From Candidatus Delongbacteria bacterium (GTDB lineage: Bacteria > UBA4055), in NCBI GenBank assembly GCA_016937995.1, contig JAFGVM010000007.1, forward strand, positions 1-32,180: a DNA stretch of 32,180 nt, given 5' to 3'. How positions within the stretch are numbered: the first letter of the stretch is position 1; every line of letters begins with the position of its first letter. The position numbers and the translations under genes are program-made. Below, in pieces: positions 9,882 through 18,378 of this stretch. Below the pieces are notes generated by a model that saw nothing but the letters and a program-made list of their open reading frames with translations, searched no databases and was not told the origin of the DNA.

Positions 9882-11546
9882 ATGAAAAAAATTAAAATTA
9901 TCTACATCTTGATCGCAACACTAATTTTAACATGGTTCGTTTTTCTGGCCTTAACACCTATTATTTCAAGGGATGCATTAATTGTTCATATGGCATTCCC
10001 AAAAGTATGGATGAGAGAAAATTTCTTTTTTTATCAGGATTATAATCTTTCAACAGTCTCAATGATGAACCTTGATTACATATATATGTTACTGCTTAAA
10101 TTTTTCCATTGGGACCAGTTGCCAAAAATTTTTCATGCTTCCCTGCTTATCGGATCAGGTGTAATAATGTTCACTTTCCTGAAAAAGAGATTCGGTCTAA
10201 ATACTGCGTTCATATTTTCAGTTATCTTTGTTCTTATACCTATCAATCAGAGACTTGCATCGGAAGCATATGTCGATCTGGGAGTTCTGTTCTTTTCAAC
10301 GATATCTATCATTTATTTTATTAAATGGATCGATTCTGATCTCAACTCCGGAAAATACTTCTTTATATTGGCAGTAAGCTCAGGATTGTCTTTAGGTACT
10401 AAATACAGCAGTGTCATATTGTTGGTCGTAATGACTTTAATGATCGGATCGATCTATGCAAAGAACAAAAAAAAAGACCTGAAAGCATTAAACCACATGG
10501 CCCTTTATGGAATAATTATACTGATCGTAATTTCACCATGGCTTATCCGTAACTATGCTGCAGTAGGAAATCCTTTTTATCCCCTTTTAAATTCAGTATT
10601 CAAACCAGATGTAATAAAATTTGACAGTAATTTAAATATTCCGCCTAACGAGTTCGCGACAAGAAAACTTTTCGGAGAATCTCCGGTATCCATAATACTT
10701 ATCCCGTTCAGAATGTTCTTTTCCGGTAGTGACAGTGATCTTATAGGAGGTTTTGACGGGGTTCTGAATCCTATGCTGCTGTTGATGTTCATTCCTCTTT
10801 TATTCCCAAAATTCAGATCTAAGTCGAAAGACAGATCGATCATAGCATATTTATCCATCGTTTTCCTGATCACATATATTTTCTTTTTGATTCACGGACA
10901 TTTAAGGATCAGATACTTCATTTACAGCCTTCCTTTACTTATTATACTGAATGCTTACACTTTTGATATTTTTAAGAATTTATTATCCGCAAAAAAGTTG
11001 AGGTCCGGTAGTATCATTCTATCCATGATAGTAATACTTTTCATGTTCTTCAATTTAAAATATTCTCTACAACTTTTTAATAAACTGGATACATATAACT
11101 ATTTGAGCGGTAATGAATCAAAAGATGAATACCTCAGCCGAACTCTCTCTGAATATAATGTAGCTAAAAAGATCAATGAAAGAGCTCCTGAAGATGCTGT
11201 TATTTATGAAGTACTCTGCGGGCATAGAACTTACCATATAGACAGAACGGTGGTGTTCGATGACTATTTTCTTGATAGATATTTTTACAATATGATCGAC
11301 ACTGAAGCCACAGACTCTGTATATTTAGACCATTTGAGCCACCTTCCTTTCAAAGATCATAAAAAGGCAGGCTTATTAATGATCAAACCCCATGGCTTTG
11401 CCAATGTGTACAAACAGATATTTTCAGAACAAAGTGATTCTCTTACACAAGTTAAGATCGACAGATTCATTACTTTTCTGAATGGTCAGACTCTTCTTTT
11501 CGACAGTAATGGAACCTTCATATACAAACTGAATAATGACAACTGA
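9882..11546 (+). CDS. GT-C (ArnT/GT39-like) lipid-carrier-dependent glycosyltransferase, different subfamily from A/B/C
   Basis: N-terminal TM then PIISRDALIVHMAFPK; YVDLG, GLSLGTKYS, PWLIRNYAAVGNPFYP, RIRYF; roughly 11-12 TM plus C-terminal soluble domain. Confidence 0.82.
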   Translation: MKKIKIIYILIATLILTWFVFLALTPIISRDALIVHMAFPKVWMRENFFFYQDYNLSTVSMMNLDYIYMLLLKFFHWDQLPKIFHASLLIGSGVIMFTFLKKRFGLNTAFIFSVIFVLIPINQRLASEAYVDLGVLFFSTISIIYFIKWIDSDLNSGKYFFILAVSSGLSLGTKYSSVILLVVMTLMIGSIYAKNKKKDLKALNHMALYGIIILIVISPWLIRNYAAVGNPFYPLLNSVFKPDVIKFDSNLNIPPNEFATRKLFGESPVSIILIPFRMFFSGSDSDLIGGFDGVLNPMLLLMFIPLLFPKFRSKSKDRSIIAYLSIVFLITYIFFLIHGHLRIRYFIYSLPLLIILNAYTFDIFKNLLSAKKLRSGSIILSMIVILFMFFNLKYSLQLFNKLDTYNYLSGNESKDEYLSRTLSEYNVAKKINERAPEDAVIYEVLCGHRTYHIDRTVVFDDYFLDRYFYNMIDTEATDSVYLDHLSHLPFKDHKKAGLLMIKPHGFANVYKQIFSEQSDSLTQVKIDRFITFLNGQTLLFDSNGTFIYKLNNDN

Positions 11547-11573
11547 AAACCAACTATATTAAACTGAAGTTCC

Positions 11574-12926
11574 ATGAAAAAGCTAAATAAAATACTTTTA
11601 GATGCTACGATTGTTACGATAATCTGTTCCGTTTTAATTTTTTTTGTTGTCTTTTTTGCCGGTATCCTGGATTCATTTTTTGGGATTTCTGTAGCAATTA
11701 TAACACTTTTTATTATTTATTTCACCTCTCTGGCTTTAACGTTATGGTTTTTTGGATTATTATACAGATCTGTCAGATCGATAAATGTGAAATATTCAGG
11801 AATAAAAAAAATCATATTTGTTATATTTTTTACAGTGGTGTGGTATGGTAATTCAAAGATCGTAAAATTTTATCTTTTCGTTAATTCTGAGATTGAGAAC
11901 TTTTATGATTATGTTGTTATAGGTGACGGTAAAAGAGATATAGAGGGTCTTGTTTATAAGTTTGACAGAGATCTGGGGTTTGAACCTGTTGAAGATTCTA
12001 AGGGATTTCATATTAAACCTATGAAAGACAAAATACCTGTCAGATACAACAAGTATGGATTTCGTATTCCAACAAAAGACAGATCAAAAGACGAGATCAA
12101 TACTGATCATAAATCTGTTTTATTTCTTGGCTGTTCTTTCACATTCGGTGACGGATGTCTGGCTGAGGAAACTTTCCCTTATGCAGTATGTGATTCAATG
12201 GATATGAACTGTTTAAATGCGGGAGTGTGTGGATACGGTCTTTCACAAATGCTGATAAGGGCTGAATATCTTATCCCGGAATTCAAACCTGATTATGTTG
12301 TAATTCAGTATTCACCTTGGTTGGTAAAAAGAAGCGTTGAACTTTATGCACCAAGCTATATCGGACTGATACCAAATCCTTTTTTTTCCTGTGACAGCAA
12401 CAAAAATGTATCACTTGTAAAACCGCTGTTTGAAACAAATTTATTCAGTTTCGATAAGTTTGAGATCAAAAATAAATACCAGAACGATTATTTATATTTT
12501 TATATGGACTTCGGGATACCTTATGCAATTGATCAATGGAAAGCTGAAAATATAATAGAGGGCAATACTATTCCTGTATGCCATGATATTGACAGGATCG
12601 AAAATTATGCCTATGGTAAAATTATTGAAACTGCTCTGGATAACGAATCAATACCGATCATTTTGAATCTGGGAAACCTCAATTACTCTAAACGATCTGT
12701 CAATTTTTTTTCAAAATTTGAAAAAGTTGAATTCGCTGATGCAGATTCTCTACTCGATTATGAATTAAAATTCTCGGGAACTCAGGACTTTTCCAGAGAG
12801 TATCATCATTGGGTTATGAAAAACGATACACTACACCTTGTTGACAAACATCCTAATCCTAAAGCCCACAAGATAATTGCTGCTTCCATTCTCAAAATAC
12901 TGGAAGATTTGCAAATCAGTAACTGA
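11574..12926 (+). CDS. Membrane-anchored SGNH/GDSL-family protein (possible glycan O-acyl transferase/esterase)
   Basis: About three N-terminal TMs; RYNKYGFR; block I LFLGCSFTFGDG; block II NAGVCGYG; block V DKHPNPKAH. Confidence 0.8.
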   Translation: MKKLNKILLDATIVTIICSVLIFFVVFFAGILDSFFGISVAIITLFIIYFTSLALTLWFFGLLYRSVRSINVKYSGIKKIIFVIFFTVVWYGNSKIVKFYLFVNSEIENFYDYVVIGDGKRDIEGLVYKFDRDLGFEPVEDSKGFHIKPMKDKIPVRYNKYGFRIPTKDRSKDEINTDHKSVLFLGCSFTFGDGCLAEETFPYAVCDSMDMNCLNAGVCGYGLSQMLIRAEYLIPEFKPDYVVIQYSPWLVKRSVELYAPSYIGLIPNPFFSCDSNKNVSLVKPLFETNLFSFDKFEIKNKYQNDYLYFYMDFGIPYAIDQWKAENIIEGNTIPVCHDIDRIENYAYGKIIETALDNESIPIILNLGNLNYSKRSVNFFSKFEKVEFADADSLLDYELKFSGTQDFSREYHHWVMKNDTLHLVDKHPNPKAHKIIAASILKILEDLQISN

Positions 12927-12955
12927 TTGACTTGTTATGTCATTTAATTTATATT
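12927..12955 (+). promoter_or_regulatory. Putative internal sigma70-type promoter for GT2-GT2-flippase genes
   Basis: TTGACT (12927-12932)-17 bp-TATATT (12950-12955), 31 bp before ATG 12987. Confidence 0.55.
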
Positions 12956-12986
12956 AAACAAAATTGAATTAACCGGTATATAAAAT

Positions 12987-13868
12987 ATGATAAACAGATC
13001 TGTATCTTTAATACTGCCATGCTATAACGAAGAAGAGAGCATAAAGGAAACTTTAGACAGAGTAATTGAGTTCATGCGGTCAAATTTCTCAGATTATGAA
13101 ATAATTGTAGTAAATGATGCTTCAAAGGATAAAACAAGATCTATTCTTGACGAATACAGTGGGATCACTGTTATTGATCATCCGTATAACAAAGGTAACG
13201 GTTCCGCAGTAAAAACAGGCATAAGAAACTCAAAGAAGGACCATGTGTTAATGATGGATTCTGACGGGCAGCATGACATCAATGACATCATACCAATGAT
13301 GGAGCTGCTTGATGTTTATGATTGTGTGGTCGGTTCCAGAACTAAAAGTTCAGAAGGTTCAGTTCATCGAAATCTGGCGAATATATTCTATAACTGGCTA
13401 GCATCCTATGTGACCAGCGTAAAGATTCATGACCTTACAAGTGGTTATAGAGGTTTTAGGACTAATGTGATAAAAAAATTTCTGTACCTATTCCCTAACG
13501 GTTTTTCATATCCTACAACTTCAACTCTGGCTATCATTAAAGCGGGATACAACCTTAAATATCATCCTATCGTAGTAAGTAAAAGAAAGGGAAAGAGTAA
13601 GATCAAGCTGTTCCGAGACGGATTCAGATTTTTGTTAATCATAGTAAAGATCACTATACTATTCTCTCCTTTAAAGGTATTTTTACCCATCAGTCTGGTG
13701 TTTGTCTTCTCAGGTCTTTTTCATATGCTTTATAAAATATTTGTGTTGAATTTGCGTTATACACAATTCACTACTTTTATGATTAGTGTAGGAGTAATTA
13801 TATTTTTAATAGGTCTGTTATCAGAGCAAATATCAACTCTTCGATACGATAAGCTTGAAGAAGATTAA
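12987..13868 (+). CDS. GT2 glycosyltransferase, DPM1-like polyprenol-phosphate sugar synthase with two C-terminal TMs
   Basis: LILPCYNEE, VVNDASKD, NKGNGSAVKTG, MDSDGQH, DLTSGYRGF, PNGFSYPTTSTLA, RKGKSKI. Confidence 0.92.
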   Translation: MINRSVSLILPCYNEEESIKETLDRVIEFMRSNFSDYEIIVVNDASKDKTRSILDEYSGITVIDHPYNKGNGSAVKTGIRNSKKDHVLMMDSDGQHDINDIIPMMELLDVYDCVVGSRTKSSEGSVHRNLANIFYNWLASYVTSVKIHDLTSGYRGFRTNVIKKFLYLFPNGFSYPTTSTLAIIKAGYNLKYHPIVVSKRKGKSKIKLFRDGFRFLLIIVKITILFSPLKVFLPISLVFVFSGLFHMLYKIFVLNLRYTQFTTFMISVGVIIFLIGLLSEQISTLRYDKLEED

Positions 13869-13888
13869 TTTTATTTATTGAGCAAAAA

Positions 13889-14845
13889 ATGGATCATTTA
13901 AAAATATCAGTAATCGTTCCGGTCTATAACGGTGAAGAAACCTTAGAAAAATGCCTGAATGCAATTAGTAAAATCCAATACTCAAAAGATCTTTACGAAG
14001 TGATACTTGTTAATGATGGGTCAACTGATAATACAGAAAAAATAGCTGAAAAATTTGAATTTCTTAAAATTGTCGACTTCAAAGTCAATAAGGGAAGACT
14101 TATTGCAAGAAAGACCGGAGCCGAAAAAGCAAGTTTTAACGAACTGCTTTTTGTGGATTCCAGAATAGAGATCTATGAAGATATCCTTTTAAAAAGAAAT
14201 GAAATCGGGTATTCTCCTCTGATCGCAGGTGATCTGGGTGTGGAAAAGTATTCAAGCATATTCGATACACTTTTTTACCTTATCCGGAAAAAGATCTACA
14301 GCCCATACTTCCCCCAGGTAAATTATAAAGATGAGTTGTGGATCACTTCTGATAATTTTTTTAATGCACCAAAAGGCACAGGATGTTTTTTCATCGACAA
14401 AAATTTATTTCTTGATAATTTACCCGAGGATCTTTCAAAAGATTCGAATGATGATACGAAGATCATGAAGAATATAGTAAATGATAATGTAAAAATACTT
14501 AGACACACGGGTATCAGGTTGAAATATCATCAGAGAAAAGATAACAATATTTATTCCTGGATACACCACAGAGGGAAGATCTGGGCTGACCATTATCTAA
14601 CTTTCGTAAATATTTATTCGATACTTTATTGTCTGGTCTCAATAACTTTTCTGGTACTTTTATTTAACTGTATCGGATCGTTCTTATTTCTTTTTGTTTT
14701 ACTTCTTTTTCTGTTGGGAGTTTACTTAGCAGAGAATGTAAAAGATTTCTTTATTGTGATAAGGTCCCTTCCGGTTCTGGCGGTACTGTTCTACTTTGGA
14801 ACAATTAAAAAATTATCAAAAAACCTTATTAAAAAACTTACTTAA
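13889..14845 (+). CDS. GT2 glycosyltransferase with C-terminal membrane segments
   Basis: ISVIVPVYNGE, LVNDGSTDNT, NKGRLIAR, LFVDS; hydrophobic C-terminus. Confidence 0.88.
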   Translation: MDHLKISVIVPVYNGEETLEKCLNAISKIQYSKDLYEVILVNDGSTDNTEKIAEKFEFLKIVDFKVNKGRLIARKTGAEKASFNELLFVDSRIEIYEDILLKRNEIGYSPLIAGDLGVEKYSSIFDTLFYLIRKKIYSPYFPQVNYKDELWITSDNFFNAPKGTGCFFIDKNLFLDNLPEDLSKDSNDDTKIMKNIVNDNVKILRHTGIRLKYHQRKDNNIYSWIHHRGKIWADHYLTFVNIYSILYCLVSITFLVLLFNCIGSFLFLFVLLLFLLGVYLAENVKDFFIVIRSLPVLAVLFYFGTIKKLSKNLIKKLT

Positions 14846-15768
14846 TGAAAAAAATTCTATTCTACATATTATTCACTATCATTTTGCTTTATTTCATTTT
14901 CAACACTAATATTGATTTTTCGGTACTTTCCCGTCTTTCGATTCTTGATTTTATTTATTACAGCCTGATCATACTATCTACTGTTTTACTAACCGCAATA
15001 TCGGTAAAACTGAATTTCTATTTGTACGGGATCAAAGAAAAATTTATTACACTTTATCATTTTACAACTGCCAGTATGTTACTTAATTACATGCCGGGAA
15101 AAGCAGGTATTATTTCTCTCGTTTCGTATTTGAAGATCAAGCATAAACTACCTATCAATAAATATATCTTTGTTTTCATTCTGAATTATACGATAGTCAC
15201 TATCGTCACTTTTATCATGTTCTTTGCTTTTTTATTTGATGATCGAATTTTTATGATATATGAAAAATTTGAATTTTTTAAACTGCTTACAATAGTGGCT
15301 ATTGTGATTATATTCGCTTTCACAGGAGTGTATTTTACCTCCAGATTTAAAGACATTAAAGTTCTGAATTATTTTCATATTTTTATAAGCCATATAAATC
15401 TGGTAAAATTACATTTCAGCAAAATATTGCAGCTTTCTTTCGTAATTTTCCTGGGTATCGTTTTATTCTCCGTAAGGATGTATTTTTCTTTTTCATATGC
15501 GGGTTTGAATATTACTTTTTTCGATAGTCTTATCGTAGGACTGATCGCTAATCTATCTTTCTTCTTATCATTTACTCCTGGCGGTCTGGGTATTAAAGAA
15601 AGCATGATAGGTGGAATATCATATGTTTTATTTGGAAATGCGGAAGTGGGCATACTTGCATCTTTGATCGATAGAGGAATGATGATATTATGGACTGTAG
15701 TTTTAGGATCTTTTTCCATTAAAAAACTTGATCAAAAAATTCGTAGAGAAGTTAAAAAAATTGATTAG
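14845..15768 (+). CDS. UPF0104 / LPG_synthase_TM flippase-like membrane protein
   Basis: About 8 TMs; NYMPGKAG, FTPGGLGIKE, SLIDRG; TAATG overlap with the upstream GT2. Confidence 0.85.
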   Translation: MKKILFYILFTIILLYFIFNTNIDFSVLSRLSILDFIYYSLIILSTVLLTAISVKLNFYLYGIKEKFITLYHFTTASMLLNYMPGKAGIISLVSYLKIKHKLPINKYIFVFILNYTIVTIVTFIMFFAFLFDDRIFMIYEKFEFFKLLTIVAIVIIFAFTGVYFTSRFKDIKVLNYFHIFISHINLVKLHFSKILQLSFVIFLGIVLFSVRMYFSFSYAGLNITFFDSLIVGLIANLSFFLSFTPGGLGIKESMIGGISYVLFGNAEVGILASLIDRGMMILWTVVLGSFSIKKLDQKIRREVKKID

Positions 15769-15778
15769 CTGAACCCTA

Positions 15779-16864
15779 TCAATTTACAAAATCTTTGCAG
15801 GCGTCTATAACGATATCTGATGGACTCTTATCCAGCTTCAGGAAATCAAATTTGTAGCTATCGAGATCATTGATAAAATTATCGAGTATATTATCATCGA
15901 AATAACTCAGAACAGCATTTCTTCCCAGACCTTCCTGCCTCTCAGTCACATTTCGAAGCAGTATTACAGGTTTGCCGAGATAGTAACATTCTTCCTGATT
16001 ACTTCCTCCGTCACTTACGACAAATCTGGAATGAATTATTAATTTTATGAAATTAAAATAATCGTATCTGTTTCTTAATTCAATATTTGGATCATCCTTC
16101 AACTTTTGATATAGACCATATTTTTTCAGCTTGATCTCTGTCGGTTTGTGCAGAATAAAAATAAGTTTGTGCTTCTCGCTAATTCTTTTCACTGCATGAA
16201 CTATTTTATTGAATGACGAAATATTTCGTAAATTTTCAAACCTGTGGATCGTAACAATACCATATTCGTAGTCAGGTATTTGAATATCAGCTATTGAAGT
16301 TATCGCAGGAAGAGCAAACTTCAATGAGTCATACAGGGTATTTATTTCTGTATTGATCTTCAATCCTTTGTATTTTTTTAAATTTTCGATCGCCCAGTCT
16401 CCAGGGCAGAACATATAGTCTGAAAGTCTGAAAACAAGAACCCTTACCAATTCTTCAGGAAAAGGTTGAAATAGGTTAAAGGATCTCAGCCCGGATTCCA
16501 CGTGACCTACTTTTAGCCCGGATAGCTTAGCCATGATCGCACCTACCAGTGTTGAGACAGTATCTCCGTGAACCAACACAATACCGTTTTTATCATTTTT
16601 GAATATTTTCTTTTTGTTCAGAACGGTATAAAAAAGTAACTTTGCTGACCAGATCATCATCTGAAATACTGATGTAATATCCTTTCCGGAATATATCGTG
16701 TGATCCGGTTCCTTGATCTCAAAATTTTGCAATATGTCATTTATTGTTTCCTTATGCTGACCCGTAGAAATATAATTATATTCAGCACCTCTCATCTTTA
16801 ATATCTTCATGATCGGAGCCATTTTTATAAGCTGGGCTTTAGTCCCTATTACTATGTGTATCAT
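15779..16864 (-). CDS. wecB: UDP-N-acetylglucosamine 2-epimerase family protein (divergent WecB-like)
   Basis: GTKAQLIKMAP, TGQH, VHGDT, HVESGLRS, PFPEE, TIHR, SDGGSNQEE, LRNVTERQEG. Confidence 0.9.
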   Translation of the reverse strand: MIHIVIGTKAQLIKMAPIMKILKMRGAEYNYISTGQHKETINDILQNFEIKEPDHTIYSGKDITSVFQMMIWSAKLLFYTVLNKKKIFKNDKNGIVLVHGDTVSTLVGAIMAKLSGLKVGHVESGLRSFNLFQPFPEELVRVLVFRLSDYMFCPGDWAIENLKKYKGLKINTEINTLYDSLKFALPAITSIADIQIPDYEYGIVTIHRFENLRNISSFNKIVHAVKRISEKHKLIFILHKPTEIKLKKYGLYQKLKDDPNIELRNRYDYFNFIKLIIHSRFVVSDGGSNQEECYYLGKPVILLRNVTERQEGLGRNAVLSYFDDNILDNFINDLDSYKFDFLKLDKSPSDIVIDACKDFVN

Positions 16865-17709
16865 TATATTTCAACTTTCTTTGTTAATGTTAGGCAAAAA
16901 ACCGTTAAATTAGGCGGCCAGACCGCAAATTTTTCATTTTTGACAACTGATTTGATCTTATAAAATAATTTGGGTAATCTCCACGGTAATAATCTTTTGT
17001 CTATATCTCTTGCTCTGTAAGTCGTAAATACATCCAGTCCATCTATATTTGATCCAAGATCGAACTCTATGTCAGTCCTTTTGTTGAAATAATTCTTCAA
17101 ATAGTCAACAAGTATTTTTCCTTTTTCTACGCTAATATCCCTGGTCCCGTCAATAGAAACATCGAAGGTAACTATCAGGGTTCCCCCAGGTACAAGGACC
17201 CTATAAAATTCTTCAATTATCTTACCGTAATCATCTGTATGCTCTAAGACAGAAATACAGTAGATCAAATTGAACATATTATCATCATATGGAAGATCTC
17301 TAAGATCACCCTGTCTAAACTTGACACTAGATCCATTTTTTATATTGATCGCATTATATTTTCTTTCGAGACCTTTATCCTGATCACAACAATAAATTCT
17401 TACATCCGCATATACTTTATTGAGATAAAAAGAAAAAAATGTTATTCCTGATCCCGCATCAAGTATCGCATGATCAGTAGAGTTACCTATACTTTCTTTT
17501 ATTCTGCTCAAGACATACGGATATTCCCACTGCCTGCTCCATTGGTGTAGAGGATCGTTAACCCATTTTTTCATATAGTTACCCAATATTTTTTTATTGG
17601 ACACTACATAAGAATCGGAGAACTTTTCCATATCCTTATACATTTTGGATTCGAGCAGAGAAAGATAATCTTTAATTTGAGGAAAACCGTCATTTATTTC
17701 ATTTTTCAT
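16864..17709 (-). CDS. Class I SAM-dependent methyltransferase
   Basis: ILDAGSG, GDLRDLPYDDNMFNLIYCISVLEH, RVLVPGG; TAATG overlap with the downstream epimerase. Confidence 0.9.
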   Translation of the reverse strand: MKNEINDGFPQIKDYLSLLESKMYKDMEKFSDSYVVSNKKILGNYMKKWVNDPLHQWSRQWEYPYVLSRIKESIGNSTDHAILDAGSGITFFSFYLNKVYADVRIYCCDQDKGLERKYNAINIKNGSSVKFRQGDLRDLPYDDNMFNLIYCISVLEHTDDYGKIIEEFYRVLVPGGTLIVTFDVSIDGTRDISVEKGKILVDYLKNYFNKRTDIEFDLGSNIDGLDVFTTYRARDIDKRLLPWRLPKLFYKIKSVVKNEKFAVWPPNLTVFCLTLTKKVEI

Positions 17710-17749
17710 TTATAACACATTCCTGTTCTGTATTTTGATACACGTTCAT

Positions 17750-17779
17750 AAGGTATTTTAAAATGCCTTTCTTTGTCAA
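17750..17779 (-). promoter_or_regulatory. Putative promoter of the methyltransferase-epimerase pair, divergent from the pilin promoter
   Basis: Minus strand TTGACA (17779-17774)-18 bp-TACCTT (17755-17750). Confidence 0.45.
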
Positions 17780-17847
17780 GAAGAAATGTAACTTACTTCA
17801 AGATTTCACTCAAACGTGTTTAATATGTTAATATTGTTATTTTTTAC

Positions 17848-17876
17848 TTGACAAACTCAAAGATTTTATGTAGTTT
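17848..17876 (+). promoter_or_regulatory. Putative sigma70-type promoter of the pilin gene
   Basis: TTGACA (17848-17853)-17 bp-TAGTTT (17871-17876), AT-rich upstream; SD AAGGAGGTG at 17932-17940. Confidence 0.6.
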
Positions 17877-17946
17877 GAAAACAAGTTCGCATTTCCATTT
17901 GACGGATTTGCATAAGGACTACTAAAAATAAAAGGAGGTGACAAAA

Positions 17947-18291
17947 ATGAGAAAAGGTTTTACGCTAATTGAAGTATTAGTTGTAGCGGTGATCGTTGCT
18001 ATCTTAGCAGCTGTAGCTATTCCTGCATATAACGGATACATTCAAACTTCTAAGGAAAGAGTTGCAAAGAACACTGCTGGTACTGTAGCTGCTGCTTTAG
18101 CTGCATACTATTCAGACTGGCAAAATTCAAAAGCTACACTTAACGGTTTATCCGCTACTGTAGGTGGAGTAGTTTCGATCCCTGGCAACCCAGTTAAAAT
18201 GCCTGACGATTTCAGCTGTTCAGTAGGTGGTGGTGTTGTACTTTGTACACACGAAGATACTACAGCTTCTGATTCTGTAAGTTGGTACTAA
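17947..18291 (+). CDS. pilA: Type IV (IVa-like) pilin, probably the major pilin; 114-aa precursor
   Basis: MRKG|FTLIEVLVVAVIVAILAAVAIPAY class III signal with Glu5; C-terminal Cys pair; perfect SD 6 nt before ATG 17947; codon bias of a highly expressed gene (GCT, GTA, ACT, AAC, TAC); own promoter and terminator. Confidence 0.93.
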   Translation: MRKGFTLIEVLVVAVIVAILAAVAIPAYNGYIQTSKERVAKNTAGTVAAALAAYYSDWQNSKATLNGLSATVGGVVSIPGNPVKMPDDFSCSVGGGVVLCTHEDTTASDSVSWY

Positions 18292-18312
18292 TCATTTAAG
18301 ATTCAAATTTTT

Positions 18313-18339
18313 AAAGGTCGGTTATACCGACCTTTTTTT
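18313..18339 (+). terminator. Rho-independent terminator after the pilin
   Basis: AAAGGTCGGT-TAT-ACCGACCTTT perfect inverted repeat running into a T7 tract, 21 bp after the stop. Confidence 0.9.
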
Positions 18340-18378
18340 GTTTGATCAATTGAATTCATCATAATAGTGAGTTAAGAA

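Noticed and set aside
17897-17912. Sigma54 promoter before the pilin
   Set aside because: TTGCA is present but the GG at -24 is missing.
17947-18291. Electrically conductive e-pilin
   Set aside because: F1, Y24, Y27, Y50, Y51 are present, but none at 32 or 57, only 9 F/W/Y in 110 residues and a 30-residue aromatic-free gap (55-84).
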